A DNA stretch of 36,768 nucleotides from positions 1-36,768 of the forward strand of contig JBHLME010000035.1 of the NCBI GenBank assembly GCA_048938445.1. Direction: 5' to 3'. Shown here piece by piece: positions 1 through 9,897 of the stretch. The position numbers were made by a program, and so were the translations under genes. How positions within the stretch are numbered: position 1 is the stretch's first letter; every line of letters starts with the position of its first letter. The stretch is from Promethearchaeota archaeon (GTDB lineage Archaea > Asgardarchaeota > Lokiarchaeia > Sigyniarchaeales > SOKP01). Below the pieces are notes generated by a model, which was not told the DNA's origin, did no database searches, and worked only from the letters and a program-made list of their open reading frames with translations.

Positions 1-2
1 TC

Positions 3-605
3 GATTGATTCATTTTTCCAATGGGCAATACTCTTGATTGGAGGGAGCCCATTCAACTCCAGCTGCAAGCTAAAGTCCGTCCAACCTATTGTAGGGCCTA
101 AGAAAAGGGTGTAATAATCAAAAAACAGATTTAACAGGCATCCACCACCCAAACCGGGAGTACCACTCTCTGCTATATCATGCGCATTATATAATACTTG
201 AGTTAAAAAGGAAGCGTTGACAATTTCCTCGACATATGGAATTGATTGGTCAAGAATTAGTGAGAGAGCAATGGCAGGACCTATTTGCCTGATTATGTCT
301 TCCACTGCGGGACCTCCCACTTCGCGAATGATTGAAAGAGTCATCGCGGGGCCTATTTCTTTTATCATATTATCAACGGCGGGAACTCCAATATCTAAAA
401 TTTGTCTGAGCGCCTCTGCAACGCCTAATTCCTTGACCATCGGTTCAATTATAGGAATTGCTTGGTCTTTGATTCCTAAAAGACCCTGATCTATCGAGTT
501 ATATGTCATGTCTGTAATAATATTATTGACAACCATACCACCAGGTAAAGAGATTCCTCCGAGAATTAGGCATAGTACCGAAGCAAACGCAACTTTTTTT
601 GACAT
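3..605 (-). CDS. Secreted/membrane-anchored hypothetical protein with ~24-aa tandem repeats (3'-partial, runs off the window)
   Basis: Not in the ORF track because it has no stop within the window. Translated by hand from ATG 605: MSKKVAFASVLCLILGGISLPGGMVVNN..., open to base 3. N-terminal signal/anchor helix followed by 4 repeats of ~24 aa. Confidence 0.8.
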   Translation of the reverse strand, partial: MSKKVAFASVLCLILGGISLPGGMVVNNIITDMTYNSIDQGLLGIKDQAIPIIEPMVKELGVAEALRQILDIGVPAVDNMIKEIGPAMTLSIIREVGGPAVEDIIRQIGPAIALSLILDQSIPYVEEIVNASFLTQVLYNAHDIAESGTPGLGGGCLLNLFFDYYTLFLGPTIGWTDFSLQLELNGLPPIKSIAHWKNESI

Positions 606-998
606 TTTTCATATAAACCTTTTATTCGTCTTTTTTGATATATTATTAATTTATAATATCCATCCAAAATTCAAAATCGAAGAAATTTATGAAATTTTTT
701 TCTGTTTCATTTGAATTTATAATATTACCTCTCTAAATCTTTTTTTTTCTGTTTTTATCAAGAATTGATAATTCGGATATTATAATCTAATTATATATTT
801 TGCTCTGAGCATTTATAAAGGTTTAAAAAAAAGTCATCACGATTAATTAAAATTTAAATAATTAAACAAACTCATCATCAGTATCCATGAAAATGGAACA
901 ATAAACTCGTTTTATATACTCAAAATGTTAAGTCATTATAATCAATTTTTAAAAACATGAGAAAAAATTAAGTTTTATATTCTTTTTTTCCAAATCCC

Positions 999-1634
999 TC
1001 ATAATTTAACTTCACCATCAATTCTTACAATGCGACCATCAATCTTTAGACGATTTTCGCAGAATAGTTCTATTGCCTTGGGGAATGCTTTATGTTCCCA
1101 TTCTAAGATTCTTGGTCCAAGAGTATCTTTCGTATCAGTATCATAAACAGGGACGGCATGTTGAATGATAATAGGACCATGATCTTCATTAGGATCAACA
1201 AAGTGAACGGTAACTCCAGAAACCTTTACACCATATTCTATAGCATCATCATGCGCATGCATCCCTTTAAAAGATGGTAAAAGTGCTGGATGGATATTCA
1301 TTACTTTCCCATCGAAGTGTTCAATGAACATTTTACTTACCAGACGCATGTATCCAACAAGAACTATGAGCTCACATTCATATTTGTCTAATACTTCTAT
1401 CATTTTTTGGTCAAATTCCTCTCTTGTTCCCTCATGCTTGTCTGATTCAATTAAAACCGCAGGTATCCCATGATTTTTTGCTCTTTCCATGCAATATTTT
1501 CCAGGTTTATTGCATACTAATACTTCGACTTTTGCTTTTCCTTTCAATATCCCTGTTTCAGTAGCTTGGACAATTGCCTCAAAATTAGATCCACTTCCGC
1601 TGGCAATAGCTCCTATTTTTAGAATTTTTTTCAT
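999..1634 (-). CDS. purN: Phosphoribosylglycinamide formyltransferase
   Basis: Motifs ASGSGSNF, GYMRL, NIHPALLPSFKG, GVTVHFVD..DHGPII.Q; 211 aa. Confidence 0.96.
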   Translation of the reverse strand: MKKILKIGAIASGSGSNFEAIVQATETGILKGKAKVEVLVCNKPGKYCMERAKNHGIPAVLIESDKHEGTREEFDQKMIEVLDKYECELIVLVGYMRLVSKMFIEHFDGKVMNIHPALLPSFKGMHAHDDAIEYGVKVSGVTVHFVDPNEDHGPIIIQHAVPVYDTDTKDTLGPRILEWEHKAFPKAIELFCENRLKIDGRIVRIDGEVKL

Positions 1635-2061
1635 AATAATATAAAAGAAGTTTATAAAGAAAAAAACTTATCACTTATCACATGAATTATATTATATTTT
1701 TTACTTTTTTGCTTTTCAATATAACATCTTTGTTGTTAATTATATATTTTTATTTATGTAAGTAAAAAAAATAATCAAAAGATTTTTATTTGAACACAAT
1801 ATATTCTACATAGTACTTTTAGACATTTTTCGTTCTAAAAATAATCCTCTTAAAATAAGGGTATTATACTAAGAGATTGAGATACTATTTCGTTTAAAGA
1901 ATTAATATCCATGAAATAACAACAACATTAAACAAGTATTTAAAACAAACCAATAATTATTAGATTAGTGTTAATTAATGATTTGTAATGATATGTGGGG
2001 TTAATTGCGTTTTTTAGCACTTATATTAATCTACAAAATATAATTTTAAACATGAGGATAA

Positions 2062-3972
2062 ATGTCGTTCGAAATTGAATTACAGAAAATTAAGGAAGAA
2101 ATCACTAAAAATTTACCACCAGAAATAAATGTTAAAAAAATAGAATTTGAAGGACCAGAAATTGCAGTATATTCTGAAAATTCTGACTTAGATACCATTG
2201 AAGGTAGTAATTTATTAAAAGATCTTGCAAAAACGATGAGAAAACGTATTGTTTTTCGTTGGAATGTCGAAAAAAGAAAGGATCCTGCTGAAACTGAAGC
2301 ATACATCAAGAATTTAGTAGGTGAAGAGGCAGAAATTTCTGACATTGAATTTGATCATACGAGAGGAGAAGTCATCATCTCGAGTGGGAAACCAGGGTTA
2401 GTTATCGGAAAAAAAGGAATTAATTTAAAAGAAATTAGAACTAACACTTTTTGGCAACCAAAGACAATTAGAGCACCACCATTAGAATCTAAAACGATAA
2501 ATCTAATCCGTCAAATGTTAACAAAAGAAAGACAGACTCAAAAAGACATTTTAATTAGAATCGGCAGGAGGATACATAGACCCGTTCTTTTTAATGATTT
2601 AGATATAAGAATGACTGCTCTTGGAGGTTTTCGAGAAGTAGGAAGGTCATGTATTTTAATGCAAACTAGAGATAGCAGTGTTCTTATTGATTGTGGGCTT
2701 AATGTTGGAAATCCAAATGATAGATTCCCATATTTTGATGTTCCAGAATTTTCAATAAGAGACCTTGATGCCATTATAATTTCTCATGCTCATTTAGATC
2801 ATTGTGGGTTAGTCCCTTTTCTTTATAAATATGGTTATAGAGGGCCAACTTACACCACATTACCAACAAGGAACTTGATGACAATGCAGCAATTAGAATT
2901 TGTTCAAATTTGCGAGAAAGAAGGACGTTATCCCCCATATTCCAGAAGAGATGTAAAAACTACAGTCCTCCATACAATTCCTCTTTCTTGGGGGAAAGTT
3001 ACTGATATTGCTCCTGATATAAAATTAACCTTACATAATAGCGGTCATATTTTAGGTTCTTCCATCGTTCACTTGCATTTTGGTAAAGGAGGTTATAATT
3101 TCGTATATACTGGTGATTTTAAATTTCAAAAAACACGATTATTAGAAAAAGCAACTGTTAAATTTCCGAGAGTTGAAAGTTTACTGATTGAATCAACCTA
3201 TGGTGGTTCTCAAGATAGGATACCTAGTAGGCAAGAATCCGAAAGGGAATTAAGGCAAATATTAAACACGACGATCAATAGGGGTGGTAAGATCTTAATC
3301 CCCGTGCTAGCAGTGGGAAGAGCTCAAGAATTAATAATTGTATTGGAAGAATTAATTTCAAAAGGAATTATACCTAAAGTTCCTGTATTTATTGATGGAA
3401 TAATAAGTGAAGCCACCGCAATCCATACGGCAAATCCTGATTTTCTAAGTAGTGATTTGAGAGAAAAAATATTACACCAAGGAAAAAATCCTTTTTTAAG
3501 TGATTTTTTTACGACAGTAAGTGCTCAAGAAGAAAGAATGGATATAATAAAAGGGGGGTCATGTATCATTATTGCAACAAGTGGGATGTTAATTGGAGGG
3601 CCTTCTGTCCAATATTTAAAAGCAATTGCAGGAGACAATAATAGCGCCTTAGTTTTTGTTTCATATCAAGTAGCTGGAACACTTGGACATAGAATCCAGA
3701 GAGGCTTTAAGGAATTTCAATATGTTGATGCTAAAGGAAGGACTCAATTGGTTAAACTGAATCTTAACGTGTTTACACTCGAAGGATTTAGTGGACATTC
3801 TTCAAGAAGCCAAATTTCACAATTTTTAAGGAGAATTCAACCCCGCCCTAAAGTTGTTCTAACTTGCCACGGGGAAGAGTCTAAAACAATCAGTTTATCA
3901 ACAATGATTCACAAGAAACTTAAAAAAGCAACAAAGTCACCAAAAAATCGTGAAACAGTTTTATTGAAATAA
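2062..3972 (+). CDS. fttA: KH-domain beta-CASP ribonuclease aCPSF1 / transcription termination factor FttA
   Basis: N-terminal KH domains (EFEGPEI, KPGLVIGK), LGGFREVGRS, HAHLDH metallo-beta-lactamase motif, GHILGS, ESTYG, GFSGHS; 636 aa, typical length. Confidence 0.96.
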   Translation: MSFEIELQKIKEEITKNLPPEINVKKIEFEGPEIAVYSENSDLDTIEGSNLLKDLAKTMRKRIVFRWNVEKRKDPAETEAYIKNLVGEEAEISDIEFDHTRGEVIISSGKPGLVIGKKGINLKEIRTNTFWQPKTIRAPPLESKTINLIRQMLTKERQTQKDILIRIGRRIHRPVLFNDLDIRMTALGGFREVGRSCILMQTRDSSVLIDCGLNVGNPNDRFPYFDVPEFSIRDLDAIIISHAHLDHCGLVPFLYKYGYRGPTYTTLPTRNLMTMQQLEFVQICEKEGRYPPYSRRDVKTTVLHTIPLSWGKVTDIAPDIKLTLHNSGHILGSSIVHLHFGKGGYNFVYTGDFKFQKTRLLEKATVKFPRVESLLIESTYGGSQDRIPSRQESERELRQILNTTINRGGKILIPVLAVGRAQELIIVLEELISKGIIPKVPVFIDGIISEATAIHTANPDFLSSDLREKILHQGKNPFLSDFFTTVSAQEERMDIIKGGSCIIIATSGMLIGGPSVQYLKAIAGDNNSALVFVSYQVAGTLGHRIQRGFKEFQYVDAKGRTQLVKLNLNVFTLEGFSGHSSRSQISQFLRRIQPRPKVVLTCHGEESKTISLSTMIHKKLKKATKSPKNRETVLLK

Positions 3973-4187
3973 GATAGTTGTTTATAATTATCCTCTTTTT
4001 ATCAAATTTTGTTTTTAAAAAAATAATGTTCAATGAAGCATGAAATCAAGAAATTCCTTTAAAAACTTTATTTCATTTAACAATTAAAGAATTTTTTATA
4101 GTACAATTAATTTATTCCTATAATAATAATTTCATGTAAATAAGGTTTAAATTTCTAAACATAAAATAAATAATTGGCTTAAATCTC

Positions 4188-5159
4188 ATGGTTCTCCGTT
4201 CATCATTAATAAAATTCAAAAATGAAGTTGGTTTACGAGAGCATTCTATTACCATAACAAGGAGAATTGTTCAGATCGTTGCTTTTTTCATGATTAATTA
4301 TGTTATTTTAGAAGTCCTTTTTTCAATTAATTTTATAGCTATTGAAGGAGTTTTTAAAGTCTTACCTTTTCTTCATTCCCCTAGAAATCCTCTCTCAGAA
4401 GGAGCAGGATTTCTTGAATACATATTTTTTTCATTAGCAGAAGGCGTTTTTCCATTTTTTTTAGTTGGAATTTTAATTTTAATCATTCTGCTAACAAACA
4501 GGTTTTTTTGTGGATGGATTTGTCCAATTGGAACCATTCAAGATGGTTGTGCTGCAATTGGTAAAAAAAGAAGAAGAACGCTAAAAAAAGGAACTCATGA
4601 GAAATTGTTAAAAATAAAATTTCTCCCATTATTCCTCTTAGGTTTTCTAATGGTTACTTTAGCGCTTACCAAATTATTTGATCCTTATGTTTATGAGAGT
4701 TATAAAAATGGTATTTTTGGAACAGCTATACCACAACCCCTCCAATTTTTTTCCCTCTCCGAATTTTTATTTTATTCCTTACCAAACGCGATAAAAACCT
4801 CATGGGAAACAGGCTCAATATTACCATTTTTTACTAACTTCTTGTTATTATTGGTTTATCTTTTTTATTTTATAGTATTAATTGGTTCGATATGGTATCC
4901 ACGATTATATTGTAAATATTTCTGTCCATTTGGAGCTGCAGCCACCTTAATTAATAAATATACTCTTTTAAAGTTATCAAGAAGTCCAGTTAAATGTGTT
5001 GGAAAGGCAGAGTGCGGGAAATGTGAACTTGTATGCCCAAAACAAATTCGAATATTAGATGAACCCTTTGAATTTTTTACAGGTAAAGGAGAGTGTAATT
5101 ATTGTTTAATGTGTAAAGAAGCTTGTCCTTATGATGCAATAAATATTAAGTTTGGGTAA
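4188..5159 (+). CDS. Membrane 4Fe-4S-binding polyferredoxin (NapH/YccM-like)
   Basis: TM helices, RFFCGWICP and YCKYFCP motifs, and two C-terminal ferredoxin Cys clusters (CGKCELVCP, CNYCLMCKEACP). Confidence 0.85.
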   Translation: MVLRSSLIKFKNEVGLREHSITITRRIVQIVAFFMINYVILEVLFSINFIAIEGVFKVLPFLHSPRNPLSEGAGFLEYIFFSLAEGVFPFFLVGILILIILLTNRFFCGWICPIGTIQDGCAAIGKKRRRTLKKGTHEKLLKIKFLPLFLLGFLMVTLALTKLFDPYVYESYKNGIFGTAIPQPLQFFSLSEFLFYSLPNAIKTSWETGSILPFFTNFLLLLVYLFYFIVLIGSIWYPRLYCKYFCPFGAAATLINKYTLLKLSRSPVKCVGKAECGKCELVCPKQIRILDEPFEFFTGKGECNYCLMCKEACPYDAINIKFG

Positions 5160-5165
5160 ATTACT

Positions 5166-6374
5166 TTAGGTTTGGGATTTAATATTTTCATATACTTCGC
5201 TAAAATATTTATCTGACATGCCTGCAATATAGTCTTTTACAATTAACTGAATTATATTTGCTTTTTTGTGTGGTTCAAAATACGTTGTATATTCAGAATT
5301 GTCTATATATTCAATATGATCCTTAAAAATTGATGAATGAAAATTTTCTTCCTTTAAATCTCGCAAGCAAGTTTCATAAATTAGTTCAAATTTTCCCTCT
5401 ATTAAGTGATCCATGTTTTCATCTCTTCTAAGATAAATATTTTTATAATTAAAAGCCTTCAATTCCTTTAAAGCATTAAATATAGGCTTGCTATATCCAA
5501 TGGCATCGTGTTCTAAGCTATAATCTATTAAATCCATAATCAATGTATTCATGATTTTCCTATTTGTATCCCCTAATAGTCTTACACAATTCTCGGGGAT
5601 ATCATCCCTTGATATAAATTTTAATAATATGGCATCTTCAATATCCCTACCAATATAAGCCAAAGTATCAGCAAATCGCACTGCAATTCCCTCATAGGTC
5701 ATTGGGATCCTTTTAATCTTGTTTTCATTGAAACAATCATCATATTCCCTAAAATGATCTTCCCAGGTCTTCCCATTCAATTTTGTTGGTTTCAATTCCT
5801 GCTCATTCGTTTCACCATCATGACATAATACTCCATCTAATACTTGAAGTGTTAAGTTTAAACCATTAGCAGGTTGTTTTGGAAATCTCTTTTCTAAATG
5901 TGAAAGCCACCTCACACCTTGTGCATTATGCATGAACTTTCCTGCTCCGTATTTTTGACTTATATTATTAAGTATGTCCTCACCAAGATGACCATAGGGA
6001 GGGTGTCCAATGTCATGGGCAAGAGCTATTGCTTCACATAAATCCGTATTGAGTTTGAGTATTCTAGATATTTGCCGACTAATTCTTGAAACTAAAAGTA
6101 CATGGAGAGATCTATGGGTAATATTTGCATTGTTCACGTCAAAAAATACTTGAGTCTTATCTATGTAGCGCGCATATGCTTTTGAGTGAACTACACGATC
6201 GACGTCCCTAAAAAAAGGAGGTCTAATATCTTTATAACCATTTGACTCTTCAGTCTCCTCATAAAATCTTATAGCATCAGAGTCCTTGATACCTCGGGAT
6301 CCAACATCTTTATCATTTCTTAAGTTTGAACGCATTTTCGCGATCTTCTTTAAATCCATGAACCTTCTAAGCAC
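5166..6374 (-). CDS. HD-domain dGTP triphosphohydrolase-like protein
   Basis: FFRDVDRVVHS, KTQVF, HRSLH, ALAHDIGHPPYGH.GE, ADTLAY..RDIEDA, DYIAGMSD. Start is GTG 6374 or ATG 6359. Confidence 0.9.
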   Translation of the reverse strand: MLRRFMDLKKIAKMRSNLRNDKDVGSRGIKDSDAIRFYEETEESNGYKDIRPPFFRDVDRVVHSKAYARYIDKTQVFFDVNNANITHRSLHVLLVSRISRQISRILKLNTDLCEAIALAHDIGHPPYGHLGEDILNNISQKYGAGKFMHNAQGVRWLSHLEKRFPKQPANGLNLTLQVLDGVLCHDGETNEQELKPTKLNGKTWEDHFREYDDCFNENKIKRIPMTYEGIAVRFADTLAYIGRDIEDAILLKFISRDDIPENCVRLLGDTNRKIMNTLIMDLIDYSLEHDAIGYSKPIFNALKELKAFNYKNIYLRRDENMDHLIEGKFELIYETCLRDLKEENFHSSIFKDHIEYIDNSEYTTYFEPHKKANIIQLIVKDYIAGMSDKYFSEVYENIKSQT

Positions 6375-6718
6375 CTCGTCACCATTAATTCAAATGCTAT
6401 AATTACAATTTTATATATTCATATATTGTTTTTTAACCTTTTTTAAACATTCAAAAACATTGGTATTAATGAATAGTAATATACACATCTTACTTTAGTT
6501 TTTTAAAATTAAGATGGACTATACATTTGAAGGAAGGATATAATAAAGTTTTTTAGTTTTCGCTTTTTTTTAGCGAAAAATCTTCACGGGGTTTGTGTTT
6601 TCAGTCTTTTTCACGGGGTTTTAGAAATTAGGTTCTTATGAACTGAAAATTTTTTTTTTTTATTCCTTCATTATCAATGTATAATCCAATTTAATATATT
6701 ACATTACTTCTATAAAAA

Positions 6719-6913
6719 TCTTATCTATCATTTTAATAAGATATAAATACTTACCTTTTGTTTTTTTAGCTTTTGGCATGGTTTATCCACAAATTTGTCA
6801 ATTTTCATTTTTTAGTTATCATCGATTTTATAAGAAGAAATAGAAAGTATGAATAATTAAGGTCTTAGGAAGTAAAATGGCATTCCTTCAGTTGAAAATG
6901 ATTATAAGGTTAT
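6719..6913. repeat. ~195-bp degenerate direct repeat, copy 1
   Basis: Collinear with 8592-8791. Identical blocks TCTTATCTATCATTTTAATAAGATATAAATA, ATGGTTTATCCACAAATTTGTCAATTTT and GAAAATGATTATAA. Confidence 0.9.
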
Positions 6914-7086
6914 GAATGATATTAACAATGGTAGGATTTCTTAAAATATTCATAAATTACTTTTTTTATTTTATCTTAACTATTCAAATAATATTTACAT
7001 TAATGTCATAATTTATTTAAATGAAAAAAATAATAATATAAATAATTCAAGAAAACCATCCAAATTATAAGAATTAATCGTTAAAA

Positions 7087-8565
7087 ATGATTTCAGTTGC
7101 TGAAGGTGTAAGTATAACAAAAGAAATAATAAATGCCTTTAAAGCCTATAGAAAAAGAAAAAATGAAGCAGAGTTTAATAAAATTGCCATCGAGCTGATT
7201 CAAAAAGAACCATATAATTTTGCATTAACATTCTATACAGGTCTATTATGTTCTTATAAAAAAGAGTTAGAGAAAATACTCATAAAACAGATAAAAAATA
7301 AAAAGTATCAGAACGACATTAACAAAATTGTTGATGATATTGCGGATACAAATCTAAAATTCAGTAATTTCCTAAAAGAAAATTATGAAGAATTAATTGA
7401 TTTAGTAAATATCTCTAAATGGTTATTATTTTTTTCAAATAAATTCATGTCTATAAAAAATCCTATAGAATTAGTTAAAATCTTCAAGAAATTTTATGAA
7501 AAAGCCTTTATACATAGTTCTTCAAATAACCAAGGATCACTTATGACCGCACTTGAGATTATATTAAAAATCCCAAAGATCGGAGATAATTTGAATGAAC
7601 CAATGATTACTCCAGTTAAAGACGATAGCAATAAAGAATTTGATGAAAACGATATTATAATTCAGAGAGGTGGCGATTGGAAAATAGAGAATGATGAAAG
7701 TGTTTATTATTATAAAGTGAAAATTACAAATAATTCTCACTTTGTAATAAGTTCAATTACTATAATATTAACTTCTATTCCACCTGGTTTAGAAAGAAGT
7801 AATGATAGAATTAAGGTAGGCATTGTGAAGTTTAAGAGTTTTATAAGTCACACTTTTAAATTGATATGTAAAGAATCTTGTGTAGGAAATGAAATCGAAG
7901 GAGTTGTCACATTTAGAGATATTCAAGGAGAACCGCACACCATGTCAATACCACCATTAGAATTAAAATATGAATGTAATTTATTAGTTCCAAAACAAAT
8001 TTCAGTGGAAGAATATGGAGAAAATATCGCTTCTATGGGTGAGAAAGAGGTTGTAATAGAAAGCGATTTAAATAAAGTTCACTTAGAATCAGAGATAGAG
8101 AATCTCTTAAAAGGATGCAATTTTGCAATACTCTCGCAGGAGCAAGGATCAATGGGCTCTAAGATTAATGCTTATGCTCAAGGAATGTATGATCATGAAG
8201 ACGTTGCTTTATCCGTTAACTTGCAAGATATATCCAATGAGACTACAAAACTAATCATCAAAGCAATGAGTGATCGTGAGGAGAAACTAATGGATCTTTT
8301 AAAGGATATTAACGAAAAATGCGATGATCTTAAGAGTACAAATGAATTAATTCTTGAGTATTCGGGAAAAATAGAGAATGTATTAGATTCAATAGAAGAT
8401 CCAAGTTTATTTTTAACTCATCGTCTTGGAGAGAATGAATCTAATAAAATTATAGCTGCTTGGGAAGATTATAAAAAGGGTAAAATTAATAAAAAAGAAT
8501 TTATAATGGAAGGAGTAAAAACATCAGGGAAGAAATTTTTAAAAGCATTTATTGGAAAAATTTAG
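7087..8565 (+). CDS. Hypothetical protein with coatomer-beta/adaptin appendage-like (Ig sandwich + platform) domain
   Basis: 492-aa ORF. aa ~189-411 align by eye with the C-terminal part of 15257..17629 and with the beta-COP appendage pattern. The ORF is secure; the domain call is inference. Confidence 0.6.
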   Translation: MISVAEGVSITKEIINAFKAYRKRKNEAEFNKIAIELIQKEPYNFALTFYTGLLCSYKKELEKILIKQIKNKKYQNDINKIVDDIADTNLKFSNFLKENYEELIDLVNISKWLLFFSNKFMSIKNPIELVKIFKKFYEKAFIHSSSNNQGSLMTALEIILKIPKIGDNLNEPMITPVKDDSNKEFDENDIIIQRGGDWKIENDESVYYYKVKITNNSHFVISSITIILTSIPPGLERSNDRIKVGIVKFKSFISHTFKLICKESCVGNEIEGVVTFRDIQGEPHTMSIPPLELKYECNLLVPKQISVEEYGENIASMGEKEVVIESDLNKVHLESEIENLLKGCNFAILSQEQGSMGSKINAYAQGMYDHEDVALSVNLQDISNETTKLIIKAMSDREEKLMDLLKDINEKCDDLKSTNELILEYSGKIENVLDSIEDPSLFLTHRLGENESNKIIAAWEDYKKGKINKKEFIMEGVKTSGKKFLKAFIGKI

Positions 8566-8591
8566 TCTTTATTTAATGTTAATCTTATAAT

Positions 8592-8791
8592 TCTTATCTA
8601 TCATTTTAATAAGATATAAATATTTACATTACGTTTTTTAAGCTTTTAGTATGGTTTATCCACAAATTTGTCAATTTTTATTTTTTAATAATTAAATATT
8701 TGTTATTAAGAAAAAACAGAAAAATGAGAAAAATTCAAGATCTTAAAAATTATAAAGGTATTCCTTTAGTCGAAAATGATTATAAAGTTAT
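8592..8791. repeat. ~200-bp degenerate direct repeat, copy 2
   Basis: Collinear with 6719-6913; lies between two convergent stop codons. Confidence 0.9.
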
Positions 8792-8831
8792 ACTGAAATA
8801 TCCCTCCAGCTTAAAAAAAAAAAGATTTAGT

Positions 8832-9881
8832 TTATTTAATCAATTTAAAACAAGTTAAAGGAGTAACAAAATCCATTTTTTTAAATCGGGCTTCTTTTAT
8901 CCATCGTTTAAAATCATCTTTAGTAAAGAATCCATGTGCACCTTCAACAGTCTTCATCTGAACATGGAGGAATTCATTTGCTCTTGGTTTCAATATATTT
9001 GTTCCAAAAACCATTCCACCGGGTTTAGTTATACGATACATTTCTTTTAAAGCTTTTTTTGGATCTGTCCAATGGAGAACCTGTGATATATAAACCATGT
9101 CAAAGTAATTATCTTCAAAAGGAATATCTGTAGCAGTTCCTACATCAAATTTTGGAAAAAATTTATCATATTTTTTCAACTGCTCCTTGGAAAGAGGAGA
9201 CATGTTGCTAACATTTAAAAGAAATTCTTCTTCTGCAATTGAAAGTAAACCTTTATCAATATCTATACCATATATTTCAACCGTTCTTCCATTTTTAAAA
9301 AAATTATTTTCCAAATACATGTTCCAAATATCAGCAGTTCCTATACCATTTCCACAACCAATATCAATGAACCTACCTTCCTTTTCAAGAACATTAGCAA
9401 ATGCAATCGCAACCCTTCTAACAGTTTCATATAATCTCAATGATAATGCATCATCCATCATAAAAAGATTATACCCTGTAGTTGAGCTAAAATACTTGCC
9501 TTTTAAACGTGCAGGAATGGCTTCTGCAAAACTTTTTGAATATGCAGTTAGAGTGTCATTAAATCTATGTGGTTGTACAATATTAACTATGACAGGTGTA
9601 TTTGTTCTATATGTTTTTCCATCATATGATATAACCTTATCTGATAATAGAGCTATTAAGACTTCATTCAAGTAAGGTTTATCTACAACCTCAAATTTTT
9701 CAGCGATCTCATTGAAATCTCGTTCCTCTTCAAGAAAGGAAAGCAAACCTTCCTTTTGTAGGACATCTACAACAATATTCCGATAGAATAAATCAACTTC
9801 CTGACTTATGTTTCGTGCGAATGTCAGATTTGATACTTCTTTCCAGGCAGCTAGTCTTCTCATCATCTTTAATATCACCAA
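8832..9881 (-). CDS. Class I SAM-dependent methyltransferase with N-terminal wHTH/dimerisation region
   Basis: FIDIGCGNG, YGIDID, IPFEDNYFDMV, VLHW, RITKPGG motifs. Confidence 0.88.
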   Translation of the reverse strand: MVILKMMRRLAAWKEVSNLTFARNISQEVDLFYRNIVVDVLQKEGLLSFLEEERDFNEIAEKFEVVDKPYLNEVLIALLSDKVISYDGKTYRTNTPVIVNIVQPHRFNDTLTAYSKSFAEAIPARLKGKYFSSTTGYNLFMMDDALSLRLYETVRRVAIAFANVLEKEGRFIDIGCGNGIGTADIWNMYLENNFFKNGRTVEIYGIDIDKGLLSIAEEEFLLNVSNMSPLSKEQLKKYDKFFPKFDVGTATDIPFEDNYFDMVYISQVLHWTDPKKALKEMYRITKPGGMVFGTNILKPRANEFLHVQMKTVEGAHGFFTKDDFKRWIKEARFKKMDFVTPLTCFKLIK

Positions 9882-9897
9882 TATTTTATTTTATTTT

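Noticed and set aside
217-714. Plus-strand ORFs 217..489 and 508..714
   Set aside because: Antisense shadows of the real minus-strand gene starting at 605.
6583-6621. TTCACGGGGTTT pair as a CRISPR remnant or ORB elements
   Set aside because: Only two 12-bp units 15 nt apart; does not fit repeat/spacer sizes or the ORB consensus.
6783-6791. Perfect DnaA box TTATCCACA (also in repeat copy 2 and at ~28893), suggesting an origin
   Set aside because: Archaeal context, no dnaA or cdc6/orc1 in the window, no cluster; two of the hits are the same duplicated sequence and one lies inside a CDS.
8566-8795. Repeat as an integron attC site or MITE (ends near GTTATAC/GTTATGA)
   Set aside because: No RYYYAAC partner or long hairpin, no convincing terminal inverted repeats or target-site duplication, and no integrase.
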